Sequence record: MT884006.2
Length of the DNA stretch: 64,000 nt
Source of the DNA: Escherichia phage vb_EcoM_bov9_1
Reading direction: 5' to 3' (one strand)
Part shown: in pieces, positions 20,595-29,992 of the stretch
How positions within the stretch are numbered: the first letter of the stretch is position 1
Layout: each line of letters opens with the position of its first letter
Program-made: the position numbers and the translations under genes
The notes under the pieces: model-generated
Seen by the model: the letters and a program-made list of their open reading frames with translations, nothing else
The model's database searches: none
Told to the model about the DNA's origin: nothing

Positions 20595-21689
20595 ATGGCA
20601 ATTGTTAAAGAAATAACTGCTGATTTAATTAAAAAGTCCGGTGAGAAAATTTCAGCCGGACAGAGTACTAAATCAGAAGTAGGAACTAAAACATACACTG
20701 CCCAGTTTCCAACTGGGCGTGCTAGTGGTAATGACACTACAGGGGACTTCCAGGTAACAGATCTATATAAGAATGGATTATTATTTACTGCATACAATAT
20801 GTCATCTAGGGATTCTGGAAGTCTTAGATCGATGAGATCTAACTACTCTTCTTCATCTTCGAGTATTTTACGTACAGCAAGAAACACTATTAGTAGTACA
20901 GTATCAAAACTATCAAATGGATTAATATCAAATAATAATTCAGGAACAATAAGTAAATCTCCTATCGCAAACATTCTTTTACCGAGATCTAAATCTGATG
21001 TTGATACATCATCACATAGATTTAATGATGTTCAAGAAAGCCTTATTAGTAGAGGCGGAGGTACTGCTACTGGAGTGCTAAGTAATATTGCTTCAACCGC
21101 AGTATTTGGGGCGTTGGAAAGTATAACACAAGGTATAATGGCTGATAATAATGAACAGATTTATACGACAGCCAGAAGTATGTATGGTGGTGCTGAAAAT
21201 AGAACTAAAGTGTTTACATGGGATTTGACTCCACGTTCAACGGAAGATTTGATGGCTATTATTAATATCTATCAATATTTTAACTATTTTTCTTATGGTG
21301 AAACGGGTAAATCTCAATATGCTGCTGAAATAAAGGGGTATTTAGATGATTGGTATCGTTCTACGTTAATTGAACCTTTATCTCCGGAAGACGCAGCTAA
21401 AAATAAAACACTATTTGAGAAAATGACATCGAGTTTAACTAACGTTCTAGTGGTTTCAAACCCGACAATTTGGATGGTGAAAAACTTTGGTGCAACATCT
21501 AAGTTTGATGGAAAAACGGAAATATTTGGCCCATGCCAAATACAGAGCATCAGATTTGATAAAACACCCAATGGTAACTTTAACGGATTAGCTATTGCTC
21601 CAAACCTCCCTAGTACATTTACTCTCGAGATTACTATGAGAGAAATTATCACGTTAAACCGTGCTTCTTTATATGCGGGGACTTTTTAA
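20595..21689 (+). CDS. 48: Baseplate tail tube cap gp48 (364 aa)
   Basis: 364 aa; synteny. Confidence 0.85.
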   Translation: MAIVKEITADLIKKSGEKISAGQSTKSEVGTKTYTAQFPTGRASGNDTTGDFQVTDLYKNGLLFTAYNMSSRDSGSLRSMRSNYSSSSSSILRTARNTISSTVSKLSNGLISNNNSGTISKSPIANILLPRSKSDVDTSSHRFNDVQESLISRGGGTATGVLSNIASTAVFGALESITQGIMADNNEQIYTTARSMYGGAENRTKVFTWDLTPRSTEDLMAIINIYQYFNYFSYGETGKSQYAAEIKGYLDDWYRSTLIEPLSPEDAAKNKTLFEKMTSSLTNVLVVSNPTIWMVKNFGATSKFDGKTEIFGPCQIQSIRFDKTPNGNFNGLAIAPNLPSTFTLEITMREIITLNRASLYAGTF

Positions 21690-22654
21690 TGTATTCTTTA
21701 GAGGAATTTAATAATCAAGCAATAAACGCAGATTTCCAACGTAATAATATGTTTAGCTGCGTTTTTGCAACAACTCCATCAACTAAAAGCTCTTCGTTGA
21801 TAAGTTCAATTAGCAACTTTTCTTATAATAACTTGGGCCTAAATTCAGATTGGTTAGGATTAACTCAAGGCGATATTAATCAGGGAATTACCACGCTAAT
21901 TACAGCTGGCACACAAAAACTGATAAGAAAATCAGGTGTTAGTAAATATCTTATTGGTGCCATGAGTCAACGTACAGTTCAAAGTTTATTAGGCTCATTT
22001 ACAGTTGGTACATATTTAATTGACTTCTTTAACATGGCATATAACTCATCTGGATTGATGATATACTCTGTAAAAATGCCAGAGAATAGATTATCCTATG
22101 AAACTGACTGGAACTATAATTCTCCTAATATTCGTATAACTGGGAGAGAATTAGACCCTTTGGTTATTTCATTTAGAATGGATTCAGAAGCTTGTAACTA
22201 TCGTGCAATGCAAGACTGGGTTAACTCTGTTCAAGACCCAGTAACTGGATTGCGTGCTTTGCCGCAAGATGTCGAGGCAGATATTCAGGTTAATCTTCAT
22301 TCTCGCAATGGATTACCTCATACTGCGGTGATGTTCACCGGATGCATTCCAATATCAGTGAGCGCTCCTGAGTTATCATATGATGGAGATAACCAAATAA
22401 CTACATTTGATGTTACTTTTGCGTACAGAGTGATGCAGGCTGGAGCAGTTGATAGGCAAGCTGCGCTTGAATGGCTTGAATCTGCTGCTATAAATGGTAT
22501 TCAAAGCGTTCTCGGAAATAGTGGAGGTGTTACTGGACTATCTAATTCGCTTTCACGACTCAGTAGATTAGGGGGAACTGCAGGAAGCATTTCAAACATT
22601 AATACTATGACAGGAATTGTCAATTCGCAGAGTAAAATATTAGGAGCAATATAA
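21689..22654 (+). CDS. 54: Baseplate tail tube initiator gp54 (321 aa)
   Basis: 321 aa; tube-like domain; synteny; followed by terminator hairpin. Confidence 0.85.
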   Translation: MYSLEEFNNQAINADFQRNNMFSCVFATTPSTKSSSLISSISNFSYNNLGLNSDWLGLTQGDINQGITTLITAGTQKLIRKSGVSKYLIGAMSQRTVQSLLGSFTVGTYLIDFFNMAYNSSGLMIYSVKMPENRLSYETDWNYNSPNIRITGRELDPLVISFRMDSEACNYRAMQDWVNSVQDPVTGLRALPQDVEADIQVNLHSRNGLPHTAVMFTGCIPISVSAPELSYDGDNQITTFDVTFAYRVMQAGAVDRQAALEWLESAAINGIQSVLGNSGGVTGLSNSLSRLSRLGGTAGSISNINTMTGIVNSQSKILGAI

Positions 22655-22657
22655 CAA

Positions 22658-22677
22658 TGGGGACCTTTCGGTCCCCA
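22658..22677 (+). terminator. Terminator hairpin after gene 54
   Basis: TGGGGACC-TTTC-GGTCCCCA followed by TATTTTTATTT. Confidence 0.55.
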
Positions 22678-22682
22678 TATTT

Positions 22683-22973
22683 TTATTTACGGAATGAAAT
22701 GAAAGCAGAAACTGAAGCAACTAAACTGTCTTCAATATAAACTTCAATTTTTACCGGAGCTTCTGACTCAAATTTACCTGTTACTACACCCTGAAAAATG
22801 CTTTCAGTCTGTTCTGGCTTTGAAAAATTTTCAGAAGGGAAAATTCCGAACTTTTTATCTGTTCCAAAAATTTTAATAAATTCATCGTAAACTGCTTCAT
22901 TAAAAGCGTTATCAGCAGGAATAACGCCTTCAACTACAAGTTCTTGACCTAAAAAGCGCAAAGAAGATTTCAT
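22683..22973 (-). CDS. Hypothetical protein, 96 aa (T4 alt.-x position)
   Basis: ORF preceded by conserved early-promoter cassette and GAGGA RBS. Confidence 0.55.
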   Translation of the reverse strand: MKSSLRFLGQELVVEGVIPADNAFNEAVYDEFIKIFGTDKKFGIFPSENFSKPEQTESIFQGVVTGKFESEAPVKIEVYIEDSLVASVSAFISFRK

Positions 22974-22980
22974 TTTGTGT

Positions 22981-23034
22981 TCCTCATGTTATGTCAGTAA
23001 GACTACTATAACACAACATAAGGAACTTGTAAAC
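22981..23034 (-). promoter_or_regulatory. Early promoter cassette (GTTTACA -35, 17-nt spacer, TATAGT -10, GAGGA RBS), copy A
   Basis: sigma70-like elements on minus strand; 51/54 nt identical to copy at 37956-38009. Confidence 0.55.
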
Positions 23035-25091
23035 TACATTTTGAACTTTTTAGACATTCCGTTGATGTTAACCAAAGAAGCTAAGATTTGAGAAACTTCG
23101 TTTTCCTCTTCTTTTGATTCTTCTACAAGGAATTGATTAAATCCAGCCATTGGACGAACTTCACCAGTTTCCATCAGATGGTCGCCATCATATACTGATT
23201 CTTCTAATTGTTCAGAAGGAGGAACGATTGTACCTTCGATTAGATACTTGTTATAAGCAGTTTCTTTCATCATGTACGTACTTACTTTATTAATCTTCAG
23301 TAAAATTCCACGCGGCAAAATAACTTCAGCTTCGGATGGAAATCCTGATAAATGACCTGGAACGATAACTTTAACTCGTTCAGCTCCTTTAATTACCATA
23401 CCTACATTAGTTTCAGCGTCTTCATTCGCATATGTAGAATGACTACCCATATGCATTAAATCTTCAGCATCAACTGAACCTTCTCCTTCACCAGAAAATA
23501 CTGCTCCGGAATCATCTAAGGCCATATAATTTTTACCATATTCACCGAAGATATTTGGCTTGAGTGAAGTAGATACAAAGTTCTTGAAATAGAACATTTT
23601 ATTTTCTATATTATGACGTAAAGTTTTAAAGGTAACTTCTTGCCCACGATAAAGAGTAGTTCCTGGAGGAAGAACTGAACCTTTAGAAAATGCAGAATCC
23701 AGCGTCTCAATATGTTTAATAGCTCGTTCCATATATTCTTCACGGGTAGAATCAGGTTTACCTAGAAGGAACGAGTTCATTTCAACATATGAATCTGCGC
23801 AATAATCTTCAATTACATCAGACTCAGCCTGAGTTAATCCTTTTGGAGTTACTTCAGTGCTTGCATATTCATATGCCTGAGCAGCAGATTCATCAATTAA
23901 TTTATAAATTCCATTCATTACAAATTGAATAATAGCTGTCTTTTCATCTGGTGTAGCTTTAGAACCTTTAACTAAATCATTGACAATTTTCTTAATAACA
24001 TCAAAGCTATTAGAAATATTAATGTCAGCAAGATCGCTTAAAATTTTATCAGTTTTATAATCAAAGAATTCTTTATTCTTTAAATATTCTTGAGAACCTT
24101 GATATGTTATATCGCTCTGCAGCTTGATAGATGGATCGCGTAAACGTGCATGGGCCAATGCAATATGATTTCGGAAGCTTTCGAGTTCATAATCACTAGA
24201 TTTAAAACGAGAAGCACTTCTCATACCACCGATAGCTCCTTTGCTAAAGTTTGAACCAACCTGAATAACGCCAGAGTTCATTGGTCCTTCTGCTTTATAT
24301 ACCGGAACTTTAGATTCAAACTCTTGATATTTCTTAGCAGCGAAGCTATCACCCTGAAGTGAAGCATCAACAGTAGAATATTGAGCTTGTGCTGCTAATC
24401 GACGACTAATTTTAGTTTTCTGAATAACAGCTTGATCCGTGCGCTTATCATTTTCTAAAGCAATAGAAGCAGCAACAGCAACAGCTTTAGGAACAGCATT
24501 ACCTGTTTTAACGTCTACATAAACATCACCAACCTTTGATTCAACTTTTGTGAATAACTCGGTTGAAATAGGAGGTACACCTGGAATGTCTTCTAAATTG
24601 GCATTTTTACGGTAAACCATAATATATGCGTACTTTTTATCATAATCCCAGATTTCCTTTAAAAGAACATATCGACCTGCTCCTTTAGTACGTACTAAAC
24701 GGTCAGCAATAACTTGCATTTGCCGAGCAGCGCCATTTGTTTTACTTTTTAGTACGCGGAATAAGCATGCATCAATTTTATACTGTTTCATTGTTTGAAG
24801 AGCAGTATCAAAAACAGCATTAATGACGCCAATTGGATTTCCACCCAAGTTTTTAAGCTTAACTAATGATAGTTTCTCATTAACACCTATCATTACGATA
24901 TGCATCATTTTGTCGCCTGGCTTAACGTTTTTATTCGTATCACCGCCAGAGGTGTATGTACAAAATCTAAATCCAGGAAGCACGCTTTCTTCACCTGCTT
25001 GAATAGCAAAAATTTGAGGTATTTTATGCTTAGGATTTAAGTTAACAACCGGCGCCGAAGCGCCGTCAAATAATTCTGTAATAAGTTCCAT
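23034..25091 (-). CDS. Alt-family mono-ADP-ribosyltransferase paralog (685 aa)
   Basis: N-terminal about 230 aa near-identical to adjacent Alt; C-terminal ART signature R (LYRGQ), STS (FVSTSL), ExE (SEAEVILPRG). Confidence 0.8.
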   Translation of the reverse strand: MELITELFDGASAPVVNLNPKHKIPQIFAIQAGEESVLPGFRFCTYTSGGDTNKNVKPGDKMMHIVMIGVNEKLSLVKLKNLGGNPIGVINAVFDTALQTMKQYKIDACLFRVLKSKTNGAARQMQVIADRLVRTKGAGRYVLLKEIWDYDKKYAYIMVYRKNANLEDIPGVPPISTELFTKVESKVGDVYVDVKTGNAVPKAVAVAASIALENDKRTDQAVIQKTKISRRLAAQAQYSTVDASLQGDSFAAKKYQEFESKVPVYKAEGPMNSGVIQVGSNFSKGAIGGMRSASRFKSSDYELESFRNHIALAHARLRDPSIKLQSDITYQGSQEYLKNKEFFDYKTDKILSDLADINISNSFDVIKKIVNDLVKGSKATPDEKTAIIQFVMNGIYKLIDESAAQAYEYASTEVTPKGLTQAESDVIEDYCADSYVEMNSFLLGKPDSTREEYMERAIKHIETLDSAFSKGSVLPPGTTLYRGQEVTFKTLRHNIENKMFYFKNFVSTSLKPNIFGEYGKNYMALDDSGAVFSGEGEGSVDAEDLMHMGSHSTYANEDAETNVGMVIKGAERVKVIVPGHLSGFPSEAEVILPRGILLKINKVSTYMMKETAYNKYLIEGTIVPPSEQLEESVYDGDHLMETGEVRPMAGFNQFLVEESKEEENEVSQILASLVNINGMSKKFKM

Positions 25092-25094
25092 GAT

Positions 25095-27188
25095 TTATCC
25101 TTGAACGAACTTGTAAGGCATGTTTGTAATATCTATGCAAGACGCAATAATTCCAAGAGATGATTCTACTTTCTGTTTAATATTTGATGAAACAAATGAT
25201 GCAAAGTCAACTCTGTCTTCTATTTCAATATCACCTGTCATTGCAGCCAATTCACCAGTTTCCATTAAATGGTCTCCATCATAGATTACCGATTCGGTGA
25301 GCTCTTCCGTGGTCATAACTTCAGCTTGAATGAGTTTTGTATTATTAGATGTTGTTCCGTCATTATTAGAAGCATCGGTTATTTTATTAACTTTGACCAT
25401 CAATCCACGCGGTAGAATAACTTCAGCTTCTGTTGCTATTCCGAGACTTCCTGGATATACAACATTAACTTTATGAGCTCCATCAATTGCCCATCCTATT
25501 TGAACTTTAACATATTCAGGATTTTCTTTATACGCTCTTATTTCGTTTGGATTAATAGTTATTCCTTCTTCATTTTTATCAACTGTTAATTCATTGCGAG
25601 CTTCTGGTTCTAAAAGACCAATACCAGCATGTGTGATTCCAAAACGTCCAAAAATGATAGGAGTTAAAGAAGTAGATACAAAATTTCTGAAGTAGAACAC
25701 TTTATTTTTAACTAACGCTTCATATATAGGAGCAGTCATACTTTGAGCACGATAAACTGTAATGCCTTCTGGTATACGGTCACCATTTTCAAAAGCTGAA
25801 TCTAAGTTATTTATAGCAGATTCAATTTCTTTTTCACTCATTACATCGTATCGTTCTGGATTGTAACGACCTAAAAGAAGATTATTGATGTCAGTATATC
25901 CTGATCCACAATACTCTCTAATGCCGCGCTTTTGCGATGGAGTATATTTAGAACCATCACGTGCAATGGTAATATCAATCATTGGACCTGCACCAATTCC
26001 AGAAAAGCTATAAATCATTCGTTTGAGGAATTTAGTTTTTGCTGCGTTCCAGGAATTTTTAGTTATTTCTTCCCAGACTTCATCTGGCTGCCCTTTACGA
26101 GTTTTATTATGTTTATCAAGCCAATTATCTTTATATTCTTCAAATAATTGATTAACAGCTGCTGCGTATTTCTCTAAACATTTTATTGAAGTAGTTGGTT
26201 CATTTTTAATCGCATTAAGAATTACATCTTTAATTTTTTCAGAAACTTCATTAACCTCACTTTTTAAAAAGAATTTATAGTCATAGTGAAGTTCATCTGC
26301 GGTTCCTTCGGCAATAATTTTTGCTGCCTTAGTTTTAGAAGCTAATGAATTAATTCCAAGCTTCATTTCTTCTGCTTCGGGAATTAAAGGAGCTGTAGCA
26401 GGTTTATTGAAATTAGCTGCGGTAGATTCATATTTCTGGAATAATTCGCTTTCAAATCTAGAAGATTCTAATGACTGACTTTGTGCAATTGCTCTACGGG
26501 AAATTTTAACTTTAACGATAACAGCTTGGTCAGAGCGTTTATCATTTTCTTGTGCAATAGATGCTGCAATTGCCTCATTTTTAGTTACTTGAGCTCCAGT
26601 ATCTTTATTGATATAAACATCGCCGACTTTCGATTCAACCTTAGTAAAGAGCTCGGTACTAATTTCAGGAACTCCTGGAATGTCTTCTAGTGATACATTT
26701 TTGCGATGTATAAGAATATATGCGTACTTTTTATCATAATCCCAGAGTTCCTTAAGAAGGACGTATCTGCCACCTGAACGACTACGGATAAGTCTATCAG
26801 CAATAACTTGAATTTGTCGAGCTTGACCAGCAGTTTTAGACTTAAGAATACGAAGCATACAGGCATCAATTTTATACTGACGCATCGTCTGCATTGCAAC
26901 AGTAAAAACTGAATTGATGTAATTAATTGGGCTTGGACCGAGACCTTTTAATTTAGCAATTGAACCTTTAGCAGTTAATGTAAAAGGAACAATATGCATC
27001 ATTTTATCGCCCATTTTTAAATCGCGATTAGTATCACCTCCAGATGTATAGGTACATAAACGAAAGCCTGGTTGTTCAATTGCATCATCAACATGAACTG
27101 AAAAAATTTGTGGTATTTTCTTCTTTGGATTTAAGTTTGTAATCGGAAGAGTAGTATCTTCGTCAAATAATTCTGTAATAAGTTCCAT
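25095..27188 (-). CDS. alt: Alt ADP-ribosyltransferase (697 aa), capsid-packaged internal protein
   Basis: ART motifs VYRAQ, FVSTSL, TEAEVILPRG; N-terminus MELITELFD...; late promoter TATAAATA at 27213-27220; position next to gene 30. Confidence 0.8.
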   Translation of the reverse strand: MELITELFDEDTTLPITNLNPKKKIPQIFSVHVDDAIEQPGFRLCTYTSGGDTNRDLKMGDKMMHIVPFTLTAKGSIAKLKGLGPSPINYINSVFTVAMQTMRQYKIDACMLRILKSKTAGQARQIQVIADRLIRSRSGGRYVLLKELWDYDKKYAYILIHRKNVSLEDIPGVPEISTELFTKVESKVGDVYINKDTGAQVTKNEAIAASIAQENDKRSDQAVIVKVKISRRAIAQSQSLESSRFESELFQKYESTAANFNKPATAPLIPEAEEMKLGINSLASKTKAAKIIAEGTADELHYDYKFFLKSEVNEVSEKIKDVILNAIKNEPTTSIKCLEKYAAAVNQLFEEYKDNWLDKHNKTRKGQPDEVWEEITKNSWNAAKTKFLKRMIYSFSGIGAGPMIDITIARDGSKYTPSQKRGIREYCGSGYTDINNLLLGRYNPERYDVMSEKEIESAINNLDSAFENGDRIPEGITVYRAQSMTAPIYEALVKNKVFYFRNFVSTSLTPIIFGRFGITHAGIGLLEPEARNELTVDKNEEGITINPNEIRAYKENPEYVKVQIGWAIDGAHKVNVVYPGSLGIATEAEVILPRGLMVKVNKITDASNNDGTTSNNTKLIQAEVMTTEELTESVIYDGDHLMETGELAAMTGDIEIEDRVDFASFVSSNIKQKVESSLGIIASCIDITNMPYKFVQG

Positions 27189-27212
27189 GTTATCCTCTCT
27201 AGTGTTTATTCT

Positions 27213-27220
27213 ATTTATAA
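27213..27220 (-). promoter_or_regulatory. Late promoter (minus strand TATAAATA) for alt
   Basis: Plus-strand TATTTATA 25 nt upstream of alt start 27188. Confidence 0.55.
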
Positions 27221-27225
27221 AATTA

Positions 27226-27243
27226 AAGGCCCGAAGGCCTTTA
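27226..27243 (-). terminator. Terminator hairpin ending the gene 30 operon
   Basis: AAAGGCC-CGAA-GGCCTTT immediately after stop of 61-aa ORF. Confidence 0.5.
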
Positions 27244-27244
27244 A

Positions 27245-27430
27245 TTAATAGAGAGCTAAAAGAGTACGATATACTTCAAACTTTGGACCTTTTTCATATG
27301 GATCAAATCTTTCCGTGAATTCATCATATGCTAGTTTATCTGGGAATTCAAGAATAACCTGCGATACCGCAGTGGAAACATCTCCACCTTCTTTTTGAGC
27401 CACGACAATTGTTTCTAAGTAAGCTTTCAT
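27245..27430 (-). CDS. Hypothetical protein, 61 aa
   Basis: ATGA overlap with stop of DNA ligase gene; followed by terminator hairpin. Confidence 0.5.
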   Translation of the reverse strand: MKAYLETIVVAQKEGGDVSTAVSQVILEFPDKLAYDEFTERFDPYEKGPKFEVYRTLLALY

Positions 27431-28890
27431 AAACCAGTTACCTCATGAAAATCGCCAAATACATCTTCGAACGTATTAGCTTTAGTTTTATCTTCACGTA
27501 AACGAATTGCAATTGGAAGAAATAGCTTAACGTAATCAGTACGTCCATCTAATTTTACCCAGCCGTTGCATTCGCACTCTAGAATTTTTCCAATATAATA
27601 ATTTTGGTTTTCCATAATGCGAGTACGGTCAAGTTCATGCGATTTTACGCCGGCTTTATCTTTTAAGCCTGAACCAGCATTTACTTTAATTTTTCCACAC
27701 TCTGATTCAAGAATGAAACCACCTGCTTTAGTAGGGTCTTTACGGTGAGGATAAATTCCTACAATTTTTAAATCAACATCAATTACTTCTTTAAATTTAT
27801 AAAGATTTTTTGAACGAGCATTTTCCCATAATCCATCGATATTTTTGAGAATAATACCTTCAAGACCTTGGTCAATATACTTTTTGTAAATTACCTTAGC
27901 TTCATCTAGGTTATTTACTACTTGGTTTTCAATTAAAATTACTTTATCATAGCCTGATGTCATTTGTTCTAGTTTAGAAAAACGTACATCATATTTTAAA
28001 CGAAACGCCGGAAGACCGTATATTTCTACCAACGGAACATAATCCCAGACCTGAAACTTCATGCATTGAGCTTCTTTTTCTGAAATAGTTCCCTTTAAAG
28101 ATTTATTAGCGATTCCATTAGAAGTAGTACGTGATTCAGCTACTTCGGCGAATTCTTTAGCTTTACTAATTTCAGGATAAGCATCAAAAAGAAAATCTAG
28201 GCCTTCTGGCTCCTTTTCAACTTGCTCATGGTATACCAATTCGCCATCAATTAACACACCTTCTGGATGAATCTGGCGAGCTTCTGCAGTCATTTTGATT
28301 AACTCTTCTTTGAGAAGATCTAATCCTAGATATTCATTACCAGCTCGTGATAAAAGACGAACATCATCTAATTCATCACCTCTGACTTCAGCAAAGCACC
28401 GAGCTCCATCAGCTTTTAATTGGGCAAAGGCTGGAAATTTAATATTCTTGCTAATGCCTTTTTCATCATAAGAACTTGCCAGCATTTGAGGTTGTTCAGG
28501 AATTAAACCTGGCCAAACTTTGTTTGCAATAGATACTGATGCACCGCATTCAAGGTCTCGCATCATCACCCGACGCAAAACTTCAACATCATCTTTTTTA
28601 CCGTCAGTAATATATCCAGTTAATTCCTCAATTGCCGCATTTCCAGTCAATTTCCGAGTAGCTAATGTGAATTCAATGAAGTCAAGCATATCGGTAAGAG
28701 TCAACATTCCAAAACTCTGGGTAGCAATACCAGGTTTAGGCCATTTCTTGATATAATACTGTAACCCACGAGAATAAGTCAGACGATATACTCGTTTGAG
28801 CAATTCATTATCTTTATTCTTTTCAAGAATTGCTTGCTTTTGCTTAGTTGAACCAATAGATGCTATTTCATTCAGAATTTTAAGAATCAT
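27427..28890 (-). CDS. 30: ATP-dependent DNA ligase gp30 (487 aa)
   Basis: 487 aa; adenylation motif KADGAR; sequence MILKILNEIASIGSTKQKQ... recognised as T4 DNA ligase. Confidence 0.95.
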   Translation of the reverse strand: MILKILNEIASIGSTKQKQAILEKNKDNELLKRVYRLTYSRGLQYYIKKWPKPGIATQSFGMLTLTDMLDFIEFTLATRKLTGNAAIEELTGYITDGKKDDVEVLRRVMMRDLECGASVSIANKVWPGLIPEQPQMLASSYDEKGISKNIKFPAFAQLKADGARCFAEVRGDELDDVRLLSRAGNEYLGLDLLKEELIKMTAEARQIHPEGVLIDGELVYHEQVEKEPEGLDFLFDAYPEISKAKEFAEVAESRTTSNGIANKSLKGTISEKEAQCMKFQVWDYVPLVEIYGLPAFRLKYDVRFSKLEQMTSGYDKVILIENQVVNNLDEAKVIYKKYIDQGLEGIILKNIDGLWENARSKNLYKFKEVIDVDLKIVGIYPHRKDPTKAGGFILESECGKIKVNAGSGLKDKAGVKSHELDRTRIMENQNYYIGKILECECNGWVKLDGRTDYVKLFLPIAIRLREDKTKANTFEDVFGDFHEVTGL

Positions 28891-29156
28891 TGTTCATCCT
28901 TTAGAGTTTGGTTTACAGCTCTATTATAAATCAATTCATCATTAAGCTCAGTCAAAGACCTGTGGTACGTGGTTCTAACTTTATTTCCTTGCATCCAGTG
29001 CTTGACGTAAATGAAACCTTGCTCTACACATTTTTTAAAAATTCGTTCGTCTTTTTGAGCTCGGAATTCTGGATTGCATCTAAAAAATTGATTTACGTGA
29101 CCGTAATCACGTGTAGTATTACCTTCATTTTCATAAATAGTGTAAACGACAAACAT
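28887..29156 (-). CDS. Hypothetical protein (T4 30.1 position)
   Basis: 89 aa; overlaps ligase start by 4 nt. Confidence 0.55.
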   Translation of the reverse strand: MFVVYTIYENEGNTTRDYGHVNQFFRCNPEFRAQKDERIFKKCVEQGFIYVKHWMQGNKVRTTYHRSLTELNDELIYNRAVNQTLKDEQ

Positions 29157-29992
29157 TAGAATGCTCCTTGGAAAATATTATCACCACTAGTAGGTCTATT
29201 ATACAAATACTCTATGCCACCGGGTTTAATATAGTTCCATGTCTGAAACGGATGCGTCTGATATGGATGATATAGATTATAAGGATTAAATCCAGGAGTT
29301 CTCCAGGTAGTGTTCCAAGGAAAAGAATCATTTTTAATCATCTTTTCAATTACATCTTTTATAGCTTTTTCACTATCAAAACTTTCTTTATTTTCATTCG
29401 ATGGAAAAAGCTTATTCTCTACATCATTCCATGTATAAACTCGCTGTGCAGTTTTTGGAATACTGTCACGCTCCCCTCGAGCCATCCAATAAACAGGAAC
29501 ATTTAATATTTCACTCGCATGATCGCAGTGGTGAGCGAGATCGTCAATATAACAAATTACGTTATATTTCTCTTTTGCCTTTTTGAACAACTCTTCTTTT
29601 GAAGAATCATGACCACACATCAATACTTCTGAGAAGGCACCAGGAAAAAGAGCATTCAAATTAAATTGACGATTCAGCAGAGCGTCAATAGAATCACCCA
29701 GTGCTGTAACAGCTACAAAATTATAATCTTCTTTTAATTTGTTAATTACACACAGGGCATCTTTATATGGAGACAAATAGCGAATAAAATCTGAACGATT
29801 ATACTTTTCGATTAATTTAACACCAAGTTCTTCATCGCAATTAAAGAGCTTACCAGGAGAAATAAATTTTTCGTCCTGAATCATTTTTAAAATATGTTCC
29901 AACGGAAGATTATATTTTTGGGCAAAATAAGGAAGGCCCGATTGCCAGCTTAAACACACCCCGTCAATATCAGTCAAAATAGTAGGCTTCAT
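29156..29992 (-). CDS. HAD-superfamily-like phosphatase/nucleotidase candidate (278 aa)
   Basis: N-terminal DIDGV (HAD motif I DxDGx), later VAVTA, K-rich segment and YIDD (motif IV-like); C-terminal about 100 aa Trp/Tyr/Pro-rich extension. Confidence 0.55.
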   Translation of the reverse strand: MKPTILTDIDGVCLSWQSGLPYFAQKYNLPLEHILKMIQDEKFISPGKLFNCDEELGVKLIEKYNRSDFIRYLSPYKDALCVINKLKEDYNFVAVTALGDSIDALLNRQFNLNALFPGAFSEVLMCGHDSSKEELFKKAKEKYNVICYIDDLAHHCDHASEILNVPVYWMARGERDSIPKTAQRVYTWNDVENKLFPSNENKESFDSEKAIKDVIEKMIKNDSFPWNTTWRTPGFNPYNLYHPYQTHPFQTWNYIKPGGIEYLYNRPTSGDNIFQGAF

